From NCBI GenBank assembly GCA_051294905.1, contig CM119371.1, forward strand, positions 19,160,001 through 19,224,000: a stretch of 64,000 nucleotides of DNA. Direction: 5' to 3'. Numbering within the stretch: position 1 is the first letter of the stretch; each line of letters opens with the position of its first letter. Under the pieces are notes generated by a model. That model was not told the origin of the DNA. It saw nothing but the letters and a program-made list of their open reading frames with translations, and made no database searches. A program made the translations under genes and the position numbers. This document shows positions 40,001-50,595 of this stretch, in pieces. The DNA is from Botryllus schlosseri (taxonomy: Eukaryota).

Positions 40001-40329
40001 TGACGCTGCCAACAATGGAAGGCCTCATCTTCACCTCACGAAGTTTGGTTGGCGTCTGCGAACAGTTATTGCGACAGATGCCTCGTGTGGCTCTTGGGAC
40101 ATTCACGCAAGATGTTTTGGAAGCGTTCTTCGGGAATTTGGTTGGTAGTAAACTATGCAATGCTGTGTTTACGAAATATATTTTTTTTTAGAGACAACGG
40201 GGCAGACGCTGCCAAAATCCCGATATCGGCCAGGCTGCTTATGGAATCAATCACCTCTCGCAAAGCAAGGTCATAAAACGATCTGCATGCTTTAGCCCAA
40301 AAGCCTTGAAGCGAGCTAAGAAAAATTGA
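37100..40329 (+). CDS. P-element/THAP9-like transposase, ~15 exons, lacking the C-terminal domain; one apparent frameshift near 39810-39830
   Basis: Manual splicing gives THAP C2CH (HCAMPGC…ICDHHF…LGALPT), SPAAY…LP, LDEMK, ADGLSINR, DPPHLLKTARN, KMNV and QDVLEAFFG-RQRG..NP. The frame ends …KRAKKN* at 40327-40329. Confidence 0.88.
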
Positions 40330-40389
40330 GTCAAATTTGGTGTACAGGGGTTTTCAAGCAACTTAACACTTCTATCTATTAGCCAATAT

Positions 40390-40712
40390 TTTTCCGATTC
40401 CTTACCGAGACGAGTCAATTTTACTTTTTTTAGTTTTGACTTGAGTCTGATCGATTCATTTTCGATTCCTTACCGAGACGAGTCAATTTTACATTCTTAA
40501 GTTTTGACTTGAGTCTGATCGAGACGAGTCCGAGTCAATTTTACCTTTTTAGTTTTGACTTGAGTCTGATCGAGCCATTTTCGATTCCTTACCAAGACGA
40601 GTCAATTTCGATTCTTTACCGAGACAAGTCCGAGTCAATTTTACTTTTTTTAGTTTTGACTTGAGTCTGATCGAGTCATTTTCGAATCCTTTTCCGGAAT
40701 AAGTCCAAGTCA
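40390..40712. repeat. Tandem array of ~55-70-bp units between the convergent genes of P1
   Basis: About 5 copies of CGATTCCTTACCGAGACGAGTCAATTTTAC(T)nAGTTTTGACTTGAGTCTGATCGA. Confidence 0.85.
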
Positions 40713-41660
40713 CAGTCTACACGCTTCAGTATCGGGTTCAACTTGCGTAGCTGTGAAACTCTTATGTATATCGAAGGCCTCACAGTTTCTAGGCCTAATA
40801 CCCAATTTTGGTCCTGGTATAAGAGACTTGATGCTAACATATAGTATGACGGATGACTAGGTCTGTAGCCGTGCGATTTTGGTCATTCTCACATCTGTTC
40901 ATTCCTCGTGTTGAAGAAAGCAATTATATTCGAATCAACTCTAATGTTTGTCTCTGTCTGATATGAGAAGCCTGAAGTGAATTTGAGCATTGAGACAAGA
41001 GTATTTATTTTTATGCAATCGAAACATTTGAATCACAGTGAACTCACAGCATCATCAGTGATACAGAAAAGAAATGCATATTTGACTCACTGAATTGACA
41101 GCATCATTGCCGATACAGGAGAGAAATGCATATGTGTATCAGTGGACCAACAGCATCTTCGAGGATACAGAAAATATGCAAAAAAGCATGCATAATATGT
41201 GGTAGTAGATAGCAATCACCGTTAACGATACAGATTTTGATTTCAACTAGAATGATCTTACATGCATCAAACAGCATACTTTCTCTACCTTAAAAAATCG
41301 AATAATAATAGCAAACCGCAAATTGGAAGCAATGTTAGGGCTAAATGGGGCAACAGTGATAGCATGACGACAAGAGGTAATCAAGTAAATGTCACACGGC
41401 AGTACACTATGAAGCAAAACCTAGAAATTTACAAAATTTTGTTTACAGCAGTAAGGAGACAGTCTGGCGCGTAGCGACGCAAATAACCTACTATGTTGCC
41501 TGTAGAAGCGAATTGTTTAAAAAAGATTGGGAGTCACAAACAGGGCAATAAACTAGACTGCATCAAATCATCCAGGTAAATGACGGTGAGGTGAAAAATC
41601 ATTCATTATGCTAACCACTTGGCATGCACAAATTGACTTGTTGAGAAAAATGAACACCCG

Positions 41661-42578
41661 CTATTTTGATAGCTGACTTCGGAGGGAAATTGCTCCACTA
41701 GTAACTCCACTGTGCAGGCGTTCAAAGAGTTTCTTTGCAAAGCTGTGCGAAAAAACACGTACCATCAACGACGTTACGTATGTCACAAGTTGTCGTATAT
41801 CTGACTCGGATGCATCCTCCATGCACATGTCATAAATCCTATGAATGAAAGACTCGTAGTGTTGCCCACTGAAAATTATGATTTTAGCATTTTCAAAATT
41901 GATCAACGACGGGTGTCGGTTAGCTTCTTTACAGAATGCTAGATACACGTGTTCCACAAAAAACATGTACTCCTCGGTAGGATACATCAACGATCCGGCC
42001 TTCCTTTCCATAAATAAAATGAATGAGCCACGTGGTTGGTCATTGCAAAGCAGCTTCACAATTTCCAAGCGGAAGCGTTCACGTCCAGGAGGCCCTCGTG
42101 CCTTGTTCAAAGTATATCCAGCAATATATTCAAGAGTTTCGCTTTCAAACTGCCGAATTTCACCCCCAATAGTTTTATCCTCTTTGACTGGACCCAACAT
42201 TATCATATGTTTCATTGTGTCAAGCAAGAACTTTGATGCCTCTATCGGAGATAGCTGCTCATTGAAATACTCTCGTGCATGAACTGCTTCAGTAGGGAAG
42301 TGGCGTATCACCGTTGCCGATTCCGGCTTTGACACAAACTCACTCCAAAATCCATCAAATTTCTGCCTGCCATAGCCAGACAACGTGATTTTATCACTGA
42401 TTTGTTGAATGAAGTCATGAGGTAAAATACTATTTATTATAATAGCCGCTTTAGCTGTAGGCTTCTCAACTTGACCAGATGCTTCTTTGTCGTTACTTTC
42501 TTCCATGTCGTTGTACAACAGGTCATGAATTACGTCGTCAGTCAACAGTGACTCCCAATCAAATACACCTCCCTCCAT
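41661..42578 (-). CDS. P1 second gene: stand-alone protein resembling the P-transposase C-terminal domain (305 aa, intact, intronless)
   Basis: Motifs ETLEYIAGYTLNK…GSLMYPTEE.MFFV..V..AF…MVRVFSH resemble the YIAGY…GGL..PS…R.H/Y CTD of P/THAP9 transposases. Acidic N-terminus. Lies inside the TIRs. Confidence 0.8.
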   Translation of the reverse strand: MEGGVFDWESLLTDDVIHDLLYNDMEESNDKEASGQVEKPTAKAAIIINSILPHDFIQQISDKITLSGYGRQKFDGFWSEFVSKPESATVIRHFPTEAVHAREYFNEQLSPIEASKFLLDTMKHMIMLGPVKEDKTIGGEIRQFESETLEYIAGYTLNKARGPPGRERFRLEIVKLLCNDQPRGSFILFMERKAGSLMYPTEEYMFFVEHVYLAFCKEANRHPSLINFENAKIIIFSGQHYESFIHRIYDMCMEDASESDIRQLVTYVTSLMVRVFSHSFAKKLFERLHSGVTSGAISLRSQLSK

Positions 42579-43248
42579 CCCTATCTCAAGTTATGTACGA
42601 TTCTAAATTTATTACACAGTTAATCGCCTGTCAAGTAACAATAATTCTTATCACTGCAGCATAACTTCATGCATATCAAGATATCTCCAATATTAGAAGG
42701 GATTTAGATCAGGGCAACCAAAATGCTTTTTCTAATCTAACCCGTAATGAGTAACTACTTCCAATCTCTGAATTTCTACTTGTGTGGTATAGCCATTTAT
42801 TATGGCTTTAAAATTGTATCTACTTGTACGTTTCGACTGAAATTCCGTTTCTTATTCTGATTGATATGATACCAACACATCATTAGTAGTATAATTACTT
42901 TCAATACGACACCTCGGAACTTCTATCGCGAGAAACAAGAAACCCGCTTCGGGCAGCCGTATTTAATGGCTTCGAAATGGTATTCGATTGGTCGTTTTCC
43001 TATCACAGATTGTTTAGCATGGATCCAACAACCTTAGTTAGTAACCATACGGAGCAGCTACTCGCTAAACATGCCCCATGGATAGATATTACCATCCTAA
43101 TGCTGAAATCTGCCTCCTGCTGCATAAGCGCCAAGCAAAACAACAACAGTGCCGTAAAGTATATTTAGAGCGTGAAGTCACGTGATGCTCGCTAGTGTCG
43201 CATCTACGGTTTACCTTAGTTATCTATAGTGAGACTATAGTGAGACTA

Positions 43249-43688
43249 TGGTTTTGCGTAAGCGACTGTAGGATTTCTGGCAATCCAAAAGCTATCTTCC
43301 CGAGCCCAGAAATTATTGAATCTGGTCTTGATCGAAAGCTACTGTTGCACCGATTCCGAAAATATAAATTTAAATAATGATCAGTCACTGATCCACCTAG
43401 AATCTGTCCTCCAAGTCTGAAATATCGGCATTGTTCAGAACAATCGGGTAACCGCAACACAATGACCGTAACAATGACCCGTTGCGACTCTCCGATTGTT
43501 CGAACAATGCCGATATTTCGACTTTGAGGACGGATTCTAGGTGGATCAGTGCCTGATCATTATTTTAATTTATATTTTCGGAATCGGTGCAACAGTGGCT
43601 TTCGATCAAGACTATATTTAATAATTTCTGTGCTCGGGAAGATAGCTTTTGGATTGCCAGAAATCCTACAGTCGCTTAGGCAAAACCA
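43249..43688. mobile_element. ~440-bp foldback MITE directly abutting the GTGAGAC site
   Basis: The arm TGGTTTTGC(G/C)TAAGCGACTGTAGGATTTCTGGCAATCC… is mirrored over ~200 bp around a short spacer at ~43450-43490. Confidence 0.85.
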
Positions 43689-45226
43689 CTCTCCACTCCA
43701 GCCTCGGCGGAGCGGAACGTAGCTGCAAAATCGGTCGTTGCCGTTCCATGTTTAATTTCTATAGTGAGACTATACTATAGGGGTCGGCAACCTTTTGCTA
43801 GTCGCGGGCCAAATTTCAGGTGCACAACATTTTGGCGGGCCGGACCGGAATTTTTCTTAATACTATAGTTAACAGTCACGTCGGTATATTACCCTACAAT
43901 GCTGCAATCTCAATCATACAAATCACAAAAGAGCAAAACACATGTATTTACACTTCAACAGCGCAGGATAAATGTGACACTTGGCGCAGCTTGCTTTGTG
44001 ATAGGATTTTCAACTTCTGGCAACAAGTCAGATGAAGCTAGAATCCGGCCATATTCAGAATGTGCGTTGAGATACGTGATCTTAGCTTGCTCTTCGTGAA
44101 TTTCATTGTTGAAAACTATTGTTCTCATGCGCACGTGCTACCAAAAGTCGATGCTATTTCTTTTGCATAATTGTTGGTCAAGCTGGGATGAAGACCCATT
44201 TCAAGAACGTACTCTTTGTCAAAGTCAATCAGCGATATGCTCTTTGTATGAAATTTGTCATTCAATTCAACTGCATGGCATTTCAAATGGGCCCATTTGA
44301 AATTTTCTGGCAATGGTATTGGCGCCCACATTAACCGGAGTACTGGGTAGTCAGAATTTATTTTGTACAGAACGAATGTCGGAAAAGCGGATGGAAATTC
44401 ATTAATTAAATTTGGTATATCAGAGTTACAAATGTATAGTGCTGGTACTAGCATAGCCTTTACAAACTAGCCTGGAAGCGGCAGACCGATTCAATGCTTT
44501 TGTTGTTCCGTGCAGCGACACCGCGTGTAAGACTGCGACTTTCAATTTCTGCAGCCATTTGATACTTGGAGATGTGTGTATTCTGCATATCTACCCGATC
44601 GATCTGACTGAGGAAGAACTCAAAGAAATGTTTAAAGACGTAAGTAATAGCTATAAAACATCAAGGACAAAAATAAACTACGTCCTTTCTTGTGGTAACT
44701 GATGATAGACAAATTATTTCAATAGAGCAGTGAAATCAAACGGAATCAGGGAGTAGGCCTACTCTCCCCGTTGCTGTTCTGTTGATCCAAGCTTGTTGAA
44801 AAGATGGATGACGTGTTGCTCATATTATGTTTCAGAATGAAGAGGACGTAGTTGTAACGTCAAATGAAGAGGGATGTTTTGAGATTCAAACTGGAGATAT
44901 TGATATCGGATGTTAACTGCCGTCACTTTCATCTTCACAACAAATATCTGTACAGTACTGCTGGTGGTATAGATCCTCTATACTGGGATCATAACTATTA
45001 TTGGTGTGACATTGGATATGACTCTGCAACTCAACGGAATACTCAACAATGTGAGTAATAATTATTTACCGCGTTTTTTTCGGACGATTTGTGCTTCTAA
45101 ACTTGTCCCTGGAAACATCAGAACGATACTATAAAATGACTGAAAAATTGCAAACTAACAGCATATCATTGCAAAGAACAGTATATTTAAAAAATATCGA
45201 TCATCCTGTAGCTATGTCCTACATAG

Positions 45227-48200
45227 TCATAACTTAACGTTGGAACTTGTTGGTGCTTCAATTGGTTGCTTCAACACAGCCAAGTTCAACATGTTGGTAG
45301 CAAACTGACATATTGTTGGATTATTTGTCCTTTCCCCACGTTCTCTTTGCATACCGAAGTATGCCTCCAAAGTGTCCTGATTTACTTTTCTTGTCATCAC
45401 AAAGTCTGCTCCACTGCCCAGGGTATTTTTCACAATTTCGACCATTGATTTGGTGGCAATGCGCAAACCATTTCTGGTTGCATCACTCAAAATCATTTTT
45501 GATCGGTCAACCTCTCCTACCAATCTCAAATTTTGGGCATTAGTTTCCCAGCTGTCTAAGTATCCCAAAAATTCCATCGACAGCCAGTTTAACCGTGGGT
45601 CGGTTACAGATTTGAATGGTTCTCTCGACTCCTTGAACTTTTTGCCTTGATAACCAGTATTCATATAATCAAACCATTTATCAATTGTCATCAAGAATTT
45701 TCCCAAAGCCTCATATCCTCTGCTTTGAACTACAGAGCCTATGAAAATGAGAAGATGCTGGTTAGCAAATATCTGATTCGAGGTGCAAGCTTCATTAATT
45801 ATAATGCTCACCCATAGTTGCAGACAGAGTTTGAGCGGCGATACGGACATTCATTTTTTGCCAGGCATTTGGTGATGCATGGGCCTCAGTCAGCTGGGGA
45901 TAGATGCGAAGATCGCCTCTCGATATGTCTTCCTATTTTTCAAATATGGATATTGGATATATATGAAGTGTCAATAATAAAAAATGGCTAGTCAATTATA
46001 CCCGTATAATCTCAGTGATTGGCTCTTTGTAAATAGGACCCATGTTCCACAGACTCTTTTTACCGTTAAAGAGATTATTTCTGCAGGTTTTCAACAGATG
46101 TGGTGGATCGGGTATAAAATATATGTACCTGTGTTAGAAATACGGTAAGATTAGTCAATAGAATGTTGCCTGAAGTAGAAGATCATGTGCCTTTTTGTGT
46201 CAATGGGGTTTTTCATGCGATATGGAACTTGATCATCATTATAATCTCCAAGCAAAGCCATCACAGTTCGGTTCGCTGAAAGTCCATCAACTAAACAAAA
46301 CTCACGTAGTCATCTTTATTAAAGAAGTGTACCATATTTCAAGAATTAACTATGATAATATACTTCTGATACCAAAGAGCAAATGAGGTAAGCCAATTAA
46401 GCATTGGCACATGATGTAATAGGACTTACAAACAATTCCTTCAATGATACAACTTGTCTGAAGTTGAACTTCGACCAGAAGATCCAGTAACAGAAAAAAG
46501 AGATCCGACGAATCTATCCCAGCTGTCGGGTAACATGCAATGACTCCATCTAGGTCTTTATTGGTTATTCCTGGATTTTAGTTCACGAGGCACCAGTTTT
46601 AAACTATGTCCTTTTATTTACAGAATTCACTGACCTCGCATGTATGCAGCAAGGATGTGAGTGGCCATTTTATCGGAAGATTTTGACAATCCTGTGTATA
46701 CTTCATTTTCGTAGTCAACCAGTCCAATGATAGCATTTGTTGAAGATTGATAAATAAGTTCCTCTGAAAGTTGACGGTAAGCAATGTGTAACAATGATGA
46801 CATACCGTACTGTCAATAAGCCAAACCTTTTATTGTCATCTCATCCAAAGCAAGAACAACATATCTGTCACATTCTTTTGAAGCTTTTGCAACAGCATCT
46901 CTTGTGATCTCTGCGGCCTTGGTTTGAAAGCCATACCCACATATTCCAAAGTCTTTGTTTCTGGTGGTATTTAATGTCCCGGGTGATGGCAAAATCAATA
47001 TTTTCCGAATTAACTTGTATGCTGCTGGTGATTTGGCGTACAACTTTAAGCAATACCTAGAATGAAGAATATTTATATCTTAGGTCCCAAACACAAAGAC
47101 TGTTTTCAATTTACCTTACTACCGATGGCGGAAATCTTCTTTGAAATTTGGACTTTTCAGCCTGCAAAGCTAACTGCGTCTCCCACCATTCCTTCAGGAA
47201 ATTGTCAGTGCTAGCAATTTCCTCCACAAAATTAGCCATTCCTTCACCTAATGTTACACCCTTAGCTTCCAGCAGTGACTCAAGATCAGAAATTCTGGAT
47301 AAAATTTATAGGTGAATTCTCGATTTAGTTCAAGCCAATCTGTTACCACTTACCAATATATTATCCTATATTGTTTATATCGCCCCATAACTAACTCTCT
47401 TACAATATGTAAAACGCATTCAATGTTTCAACTGACCGTGTCTGACACAAAGACCATGATTGTTCTAGTCTTTCTCGACTGGCCCTTTCTGCTTGCTTTA
47501 TAGGTACCTCCTGCAATTTGGACAGCCTGCGATATTTACTCCTTTGCTTTTCATCAAATTTAACATGTGACTTCATGCATTCTGCACATACAGATCCATC
47601 TTTGGAGATGACAACCTCGCATGTTTTGGTATAATGTCTGCAAAAGTAACATCCTCGAAATTGTTGGTATAATTGCGTCACAGTTTTAAAATAAGGACAA
47701 TAATATTTATAATATAAGAATATATGATTAAGTATCTGCTTTGCTTGGAAACTTGCAAACTACCTCATTGCAATGTACTTGGTCGTATTTCTGAAGTTTT
47801 TTTTATATTCTTTGCCAACTTTTGTAAGTCTATTCAACTTTGTAATTTTAATTTTCTCAGATCCAATACACGAAAAACTTAACTGACCTCGATTTTTCGA
47901 CCAACTTTCCTCCCTCTTTTGTTGCAGTGCAACGTACTCTCCAGAGGTTATCCTCCACGCTAAAATCTGCATACCCGTCACAGACATCCAACTTTTTCAA
48001 ATCCCGAAGCAGCTTTTGAAGCGAAAATTCCAAAGTAAGAGTATGTGAGTATGCTGATGCATACACTCCTTGAATGGCTAAAGACAGTTCAAAGGAAGAA
48101 GATTGATGCCGAATCAAGAGACTCATGTATGGACACGCGTGAATGTCGGGGTCTTTGTAATATGTCAAGTGCAGCCTGTTTTCATCGATTTTGTGGGCTC

Positions 48201-49082
48201 TCCAGTTTACAATAGGATGCAAAACAAAGTCAGTGTAAACATCATCAATAGAACCATAATCTTTCTTATTCGGGTAAGAAATTGGAAGTGAATATTTGAC
48301 AATTGTTCTTCTAGCAGAATTTGGAGTGCACTCGTGTGATTTTTTTGGGAGATTTTCCGTAGGCAGAGCTCCCCATTTGATCCGGGATCGTTTGCTGTTG
48401 GCCACTATGTCTCCTGAAGCAAAATGCTTCTCGCAAATGTACACTTCCTTCGTCTTCAGACGATTACGAAATTGAGAATCATCCCTGTATTTCAATAAAC
48501 GCTGAAATGAAAGGATACTTGATGTTCATGGATTGCATTGTGGTTTTTGGGGTCAATGAATAGATGGATTGGTAACAACAGTAGGTACCGGACGAGCAGG
48601 TATTCACTAGAGGTGGCAATAGAGTAGGGTTACCATACGTAGGATTTGTCCTCCTTTTTCAGGTTTTTGAAAATGTCCTCTGAGGACGCCTAAATGTCCT
48701 CCTTTATGGTGATTCGTCCTTTACAGCTAAGATAATGAAAATTCGTGGTTCGATCAAAAGCGACGACCTTTTTTTGTCAACCCTTCAGCAAAAATAGCGA
48801 AATCGGCTGATTTCAGTTTTGACCAACTAACTTATCTGAATTGGTAAAAGTGTCCTCCTTTCCCCCTTCCAAAATATGGCAACCCTACAATAAAGTGATC
48901 AGAGTTTAGAACGAGTTGTTAACCTGATGAAAATTGGATGCCCATTCTTGATCTGCAGAATGGGAGCTACCATCTTTCTCATTTGGAACTTTATACAGGC
49001 GAATCCCACTTCTCTGAGAACTTGTACACCCCGGCAAACAGCAGTATTTACCGGATCCCTTTCCACATCAGGCCTTTTTCAT
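45227..49082 (-). pseudogene. P-element/THAP9-like transposase of P2, multi-exon, lacking the CTD, disrupted
   Basis: Motifs: THAP (YCCLPGC…W…ICEKHF…GALPTENLP), SPAAY…LPS, LDEMTIK, DGLSANR, DPPHLLKTCRN, KMNV and QDTLEAYFGMQR..G..NNP. The frame ends …SSNVKL*. Lesions include an in-frame TGA at codon 5 (49068-49070) and a frameshift near 46483. Confidence 0.88.
48625..48887. mobile_element. hAT-type MITE in the first intron of the P2 transposase
   Basis: TIR TAGGGTT(A/G)CCATA. TSD CAATAGAG/CAATAAAG. Confidence 0.85.
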
Positions 49083-49589
49083 GCCTCTCTGTAGGCAAAA
49101 CTATCTAATTCTTTCTCAATTAAAGGATGAACTCGGTCATTACTTCACAATTCCAGCAACTTGACAGCAAATTTTGTCATTGTAATGCAAAAGTAACAAA
49201 GTTTAACACTCAATCATTGGGCTATTCATGCATACCAAAACTTTGCATTTTTTTTCTCGTTCCAATGTAGTAATTGACAAATAATTGCAAAGAATGAACG
49301 AAGTGACGAGCAGCCAGTAATCTATTGATATTTTTTTCCAATAAAAAACTCTAAAAACACCACAAGATTGTCATAATGAAAAGTTACGAGGGAGACTTGG
49401 AGTAATTGTTTTTTAATTTTCTAATATGACACCCAACTTGGCCTCAGAGAACATTTAAATGCATGCAAAGTGTACACTGAAAGAAAATAATAGAAAGCAA
49501 TATAAAATGGAAACGGAAATATGCAAAGGAAATGAAGTAGCATGTGTCGGAAATATGAAGAACCAGTTTCGATAATGTTGAGACCATAT

Positions 49590-50595
49590 TCAACTTCGGA
49601 TACGATCTCGCAGTGCTTTGGAACCTCTAGATTTATATTTCTTTTGTTCATGATAATTTCTCGTCGCAGCCAGGCAGTATGTATGAGTTCTTGTTCTCAC
49701 ATATTTAGAAATGAGGAGTTTCACAAGGATCTGGTCACAATGTGGATAATGTAATGGAATATTGACATTCTCGAGAATGCTTTTCATGTCAATAAACCGT
49801 GAGTTTTTTTGCTTTTGAAAATAAATTTCGACTTCTTTCATTAGGTAAAAAAATCTTTCATTTGGGCATATCATTCCTCTGTTTTTAGGTTCGAATTCCA
49901 TTGGTAGAGGGTTCTTAGACACTTGGTTTTTACACCAATCTCTCCATTCACCAGGAAACTTTTTGACAGCCCACTTCAATATAGCACCACATATATATTT
50001 AATTACTTTCAGGTCATCATCAGTTATCAATACACTCTTATACTTTGAAACTCCCCAGTCCGTAGCTTTTTTAATTGCTCCAGGAATAATCGTCTTCAGC
50101 AATTGCTTGACACGACTTTCAGGTATATCTAAGCAGCAAATGTAGGTCTTTTGCATGAGGGCAGAGTATGATAGCATCATTTCCTTTTTACTTTCGAATG
50201 ATACAGTTTTCTTTATATCTTGCAATAGTTCTTTGTATAGGTCTGTTTCCTTTCTTATCGTTATTTCCAATCCTAAAGTACATATCCCGGTGTCCAATAG
50301 TTCCTCACAGTTAACATCCGATATCAATATCTCCACAGTTTGACTCTCCGAACATCCCTCCCTATCTGACGTTCCAACTATGTCCTCTTCATTCTGAAAC
50401 ATATGAGCAAAACGTCATTTAACTTCAAGAGGCCCTTTTCAACACAACAGCAAGGGCCAAGGGGGGGTACTCCCTGGTTCCGTTTGACTTTCACTCCTTT
50501 ATTAAGAACATCAAATAATTAGTATATCATCAGTTACTATAGCTATTACTTACGTCATTAAATATTTCTTCGAGTTCTTCCTCAGTAAGATCCAT
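49590..50595 (-). CDS. P2 second gene: stand-alone P-transposase CTD-like protein (probable exons 50554-50595 and 49590-50393)
   Basis: Motifs KVIKYICGAILK…NRGMICPNERFFYLMKEVE.YF…KYVRTRTH. The probable exon 1 (MDLTEEELEEIFND, GTAAGT donor) joins in phase 0 to TTTCAG|NEEDIV. The reading frame is intact. Confidence 0.8.

Larger units (their letters stand above)
36229..43228 (+). mobile_element. P-superfamily (THAP9/Galileo-like) transposon P1, 7.0 kb, with two convergent genes
   Basis: 35-bp TIR TATAGATAACTAAGGTAAACCGTAGAT(A/G)CGACACT (36229-36263 / 43194-43228, 1 mismatch). Exact 7-bp TSD GTGAGAC. Inner inverted repeat 36460-36685 / 42601-42834. Encodes a THAP-DDE transposase. Confidence 0.93.

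Noticed and set aside
41878..42282. 134-aa plus-strand ORF downstream of the P1 transposase as a possible final exon
   Set aside because: It is the antisense shadow of ORF2, shows no CTD motif, and the transposase frame already stops at 40329.
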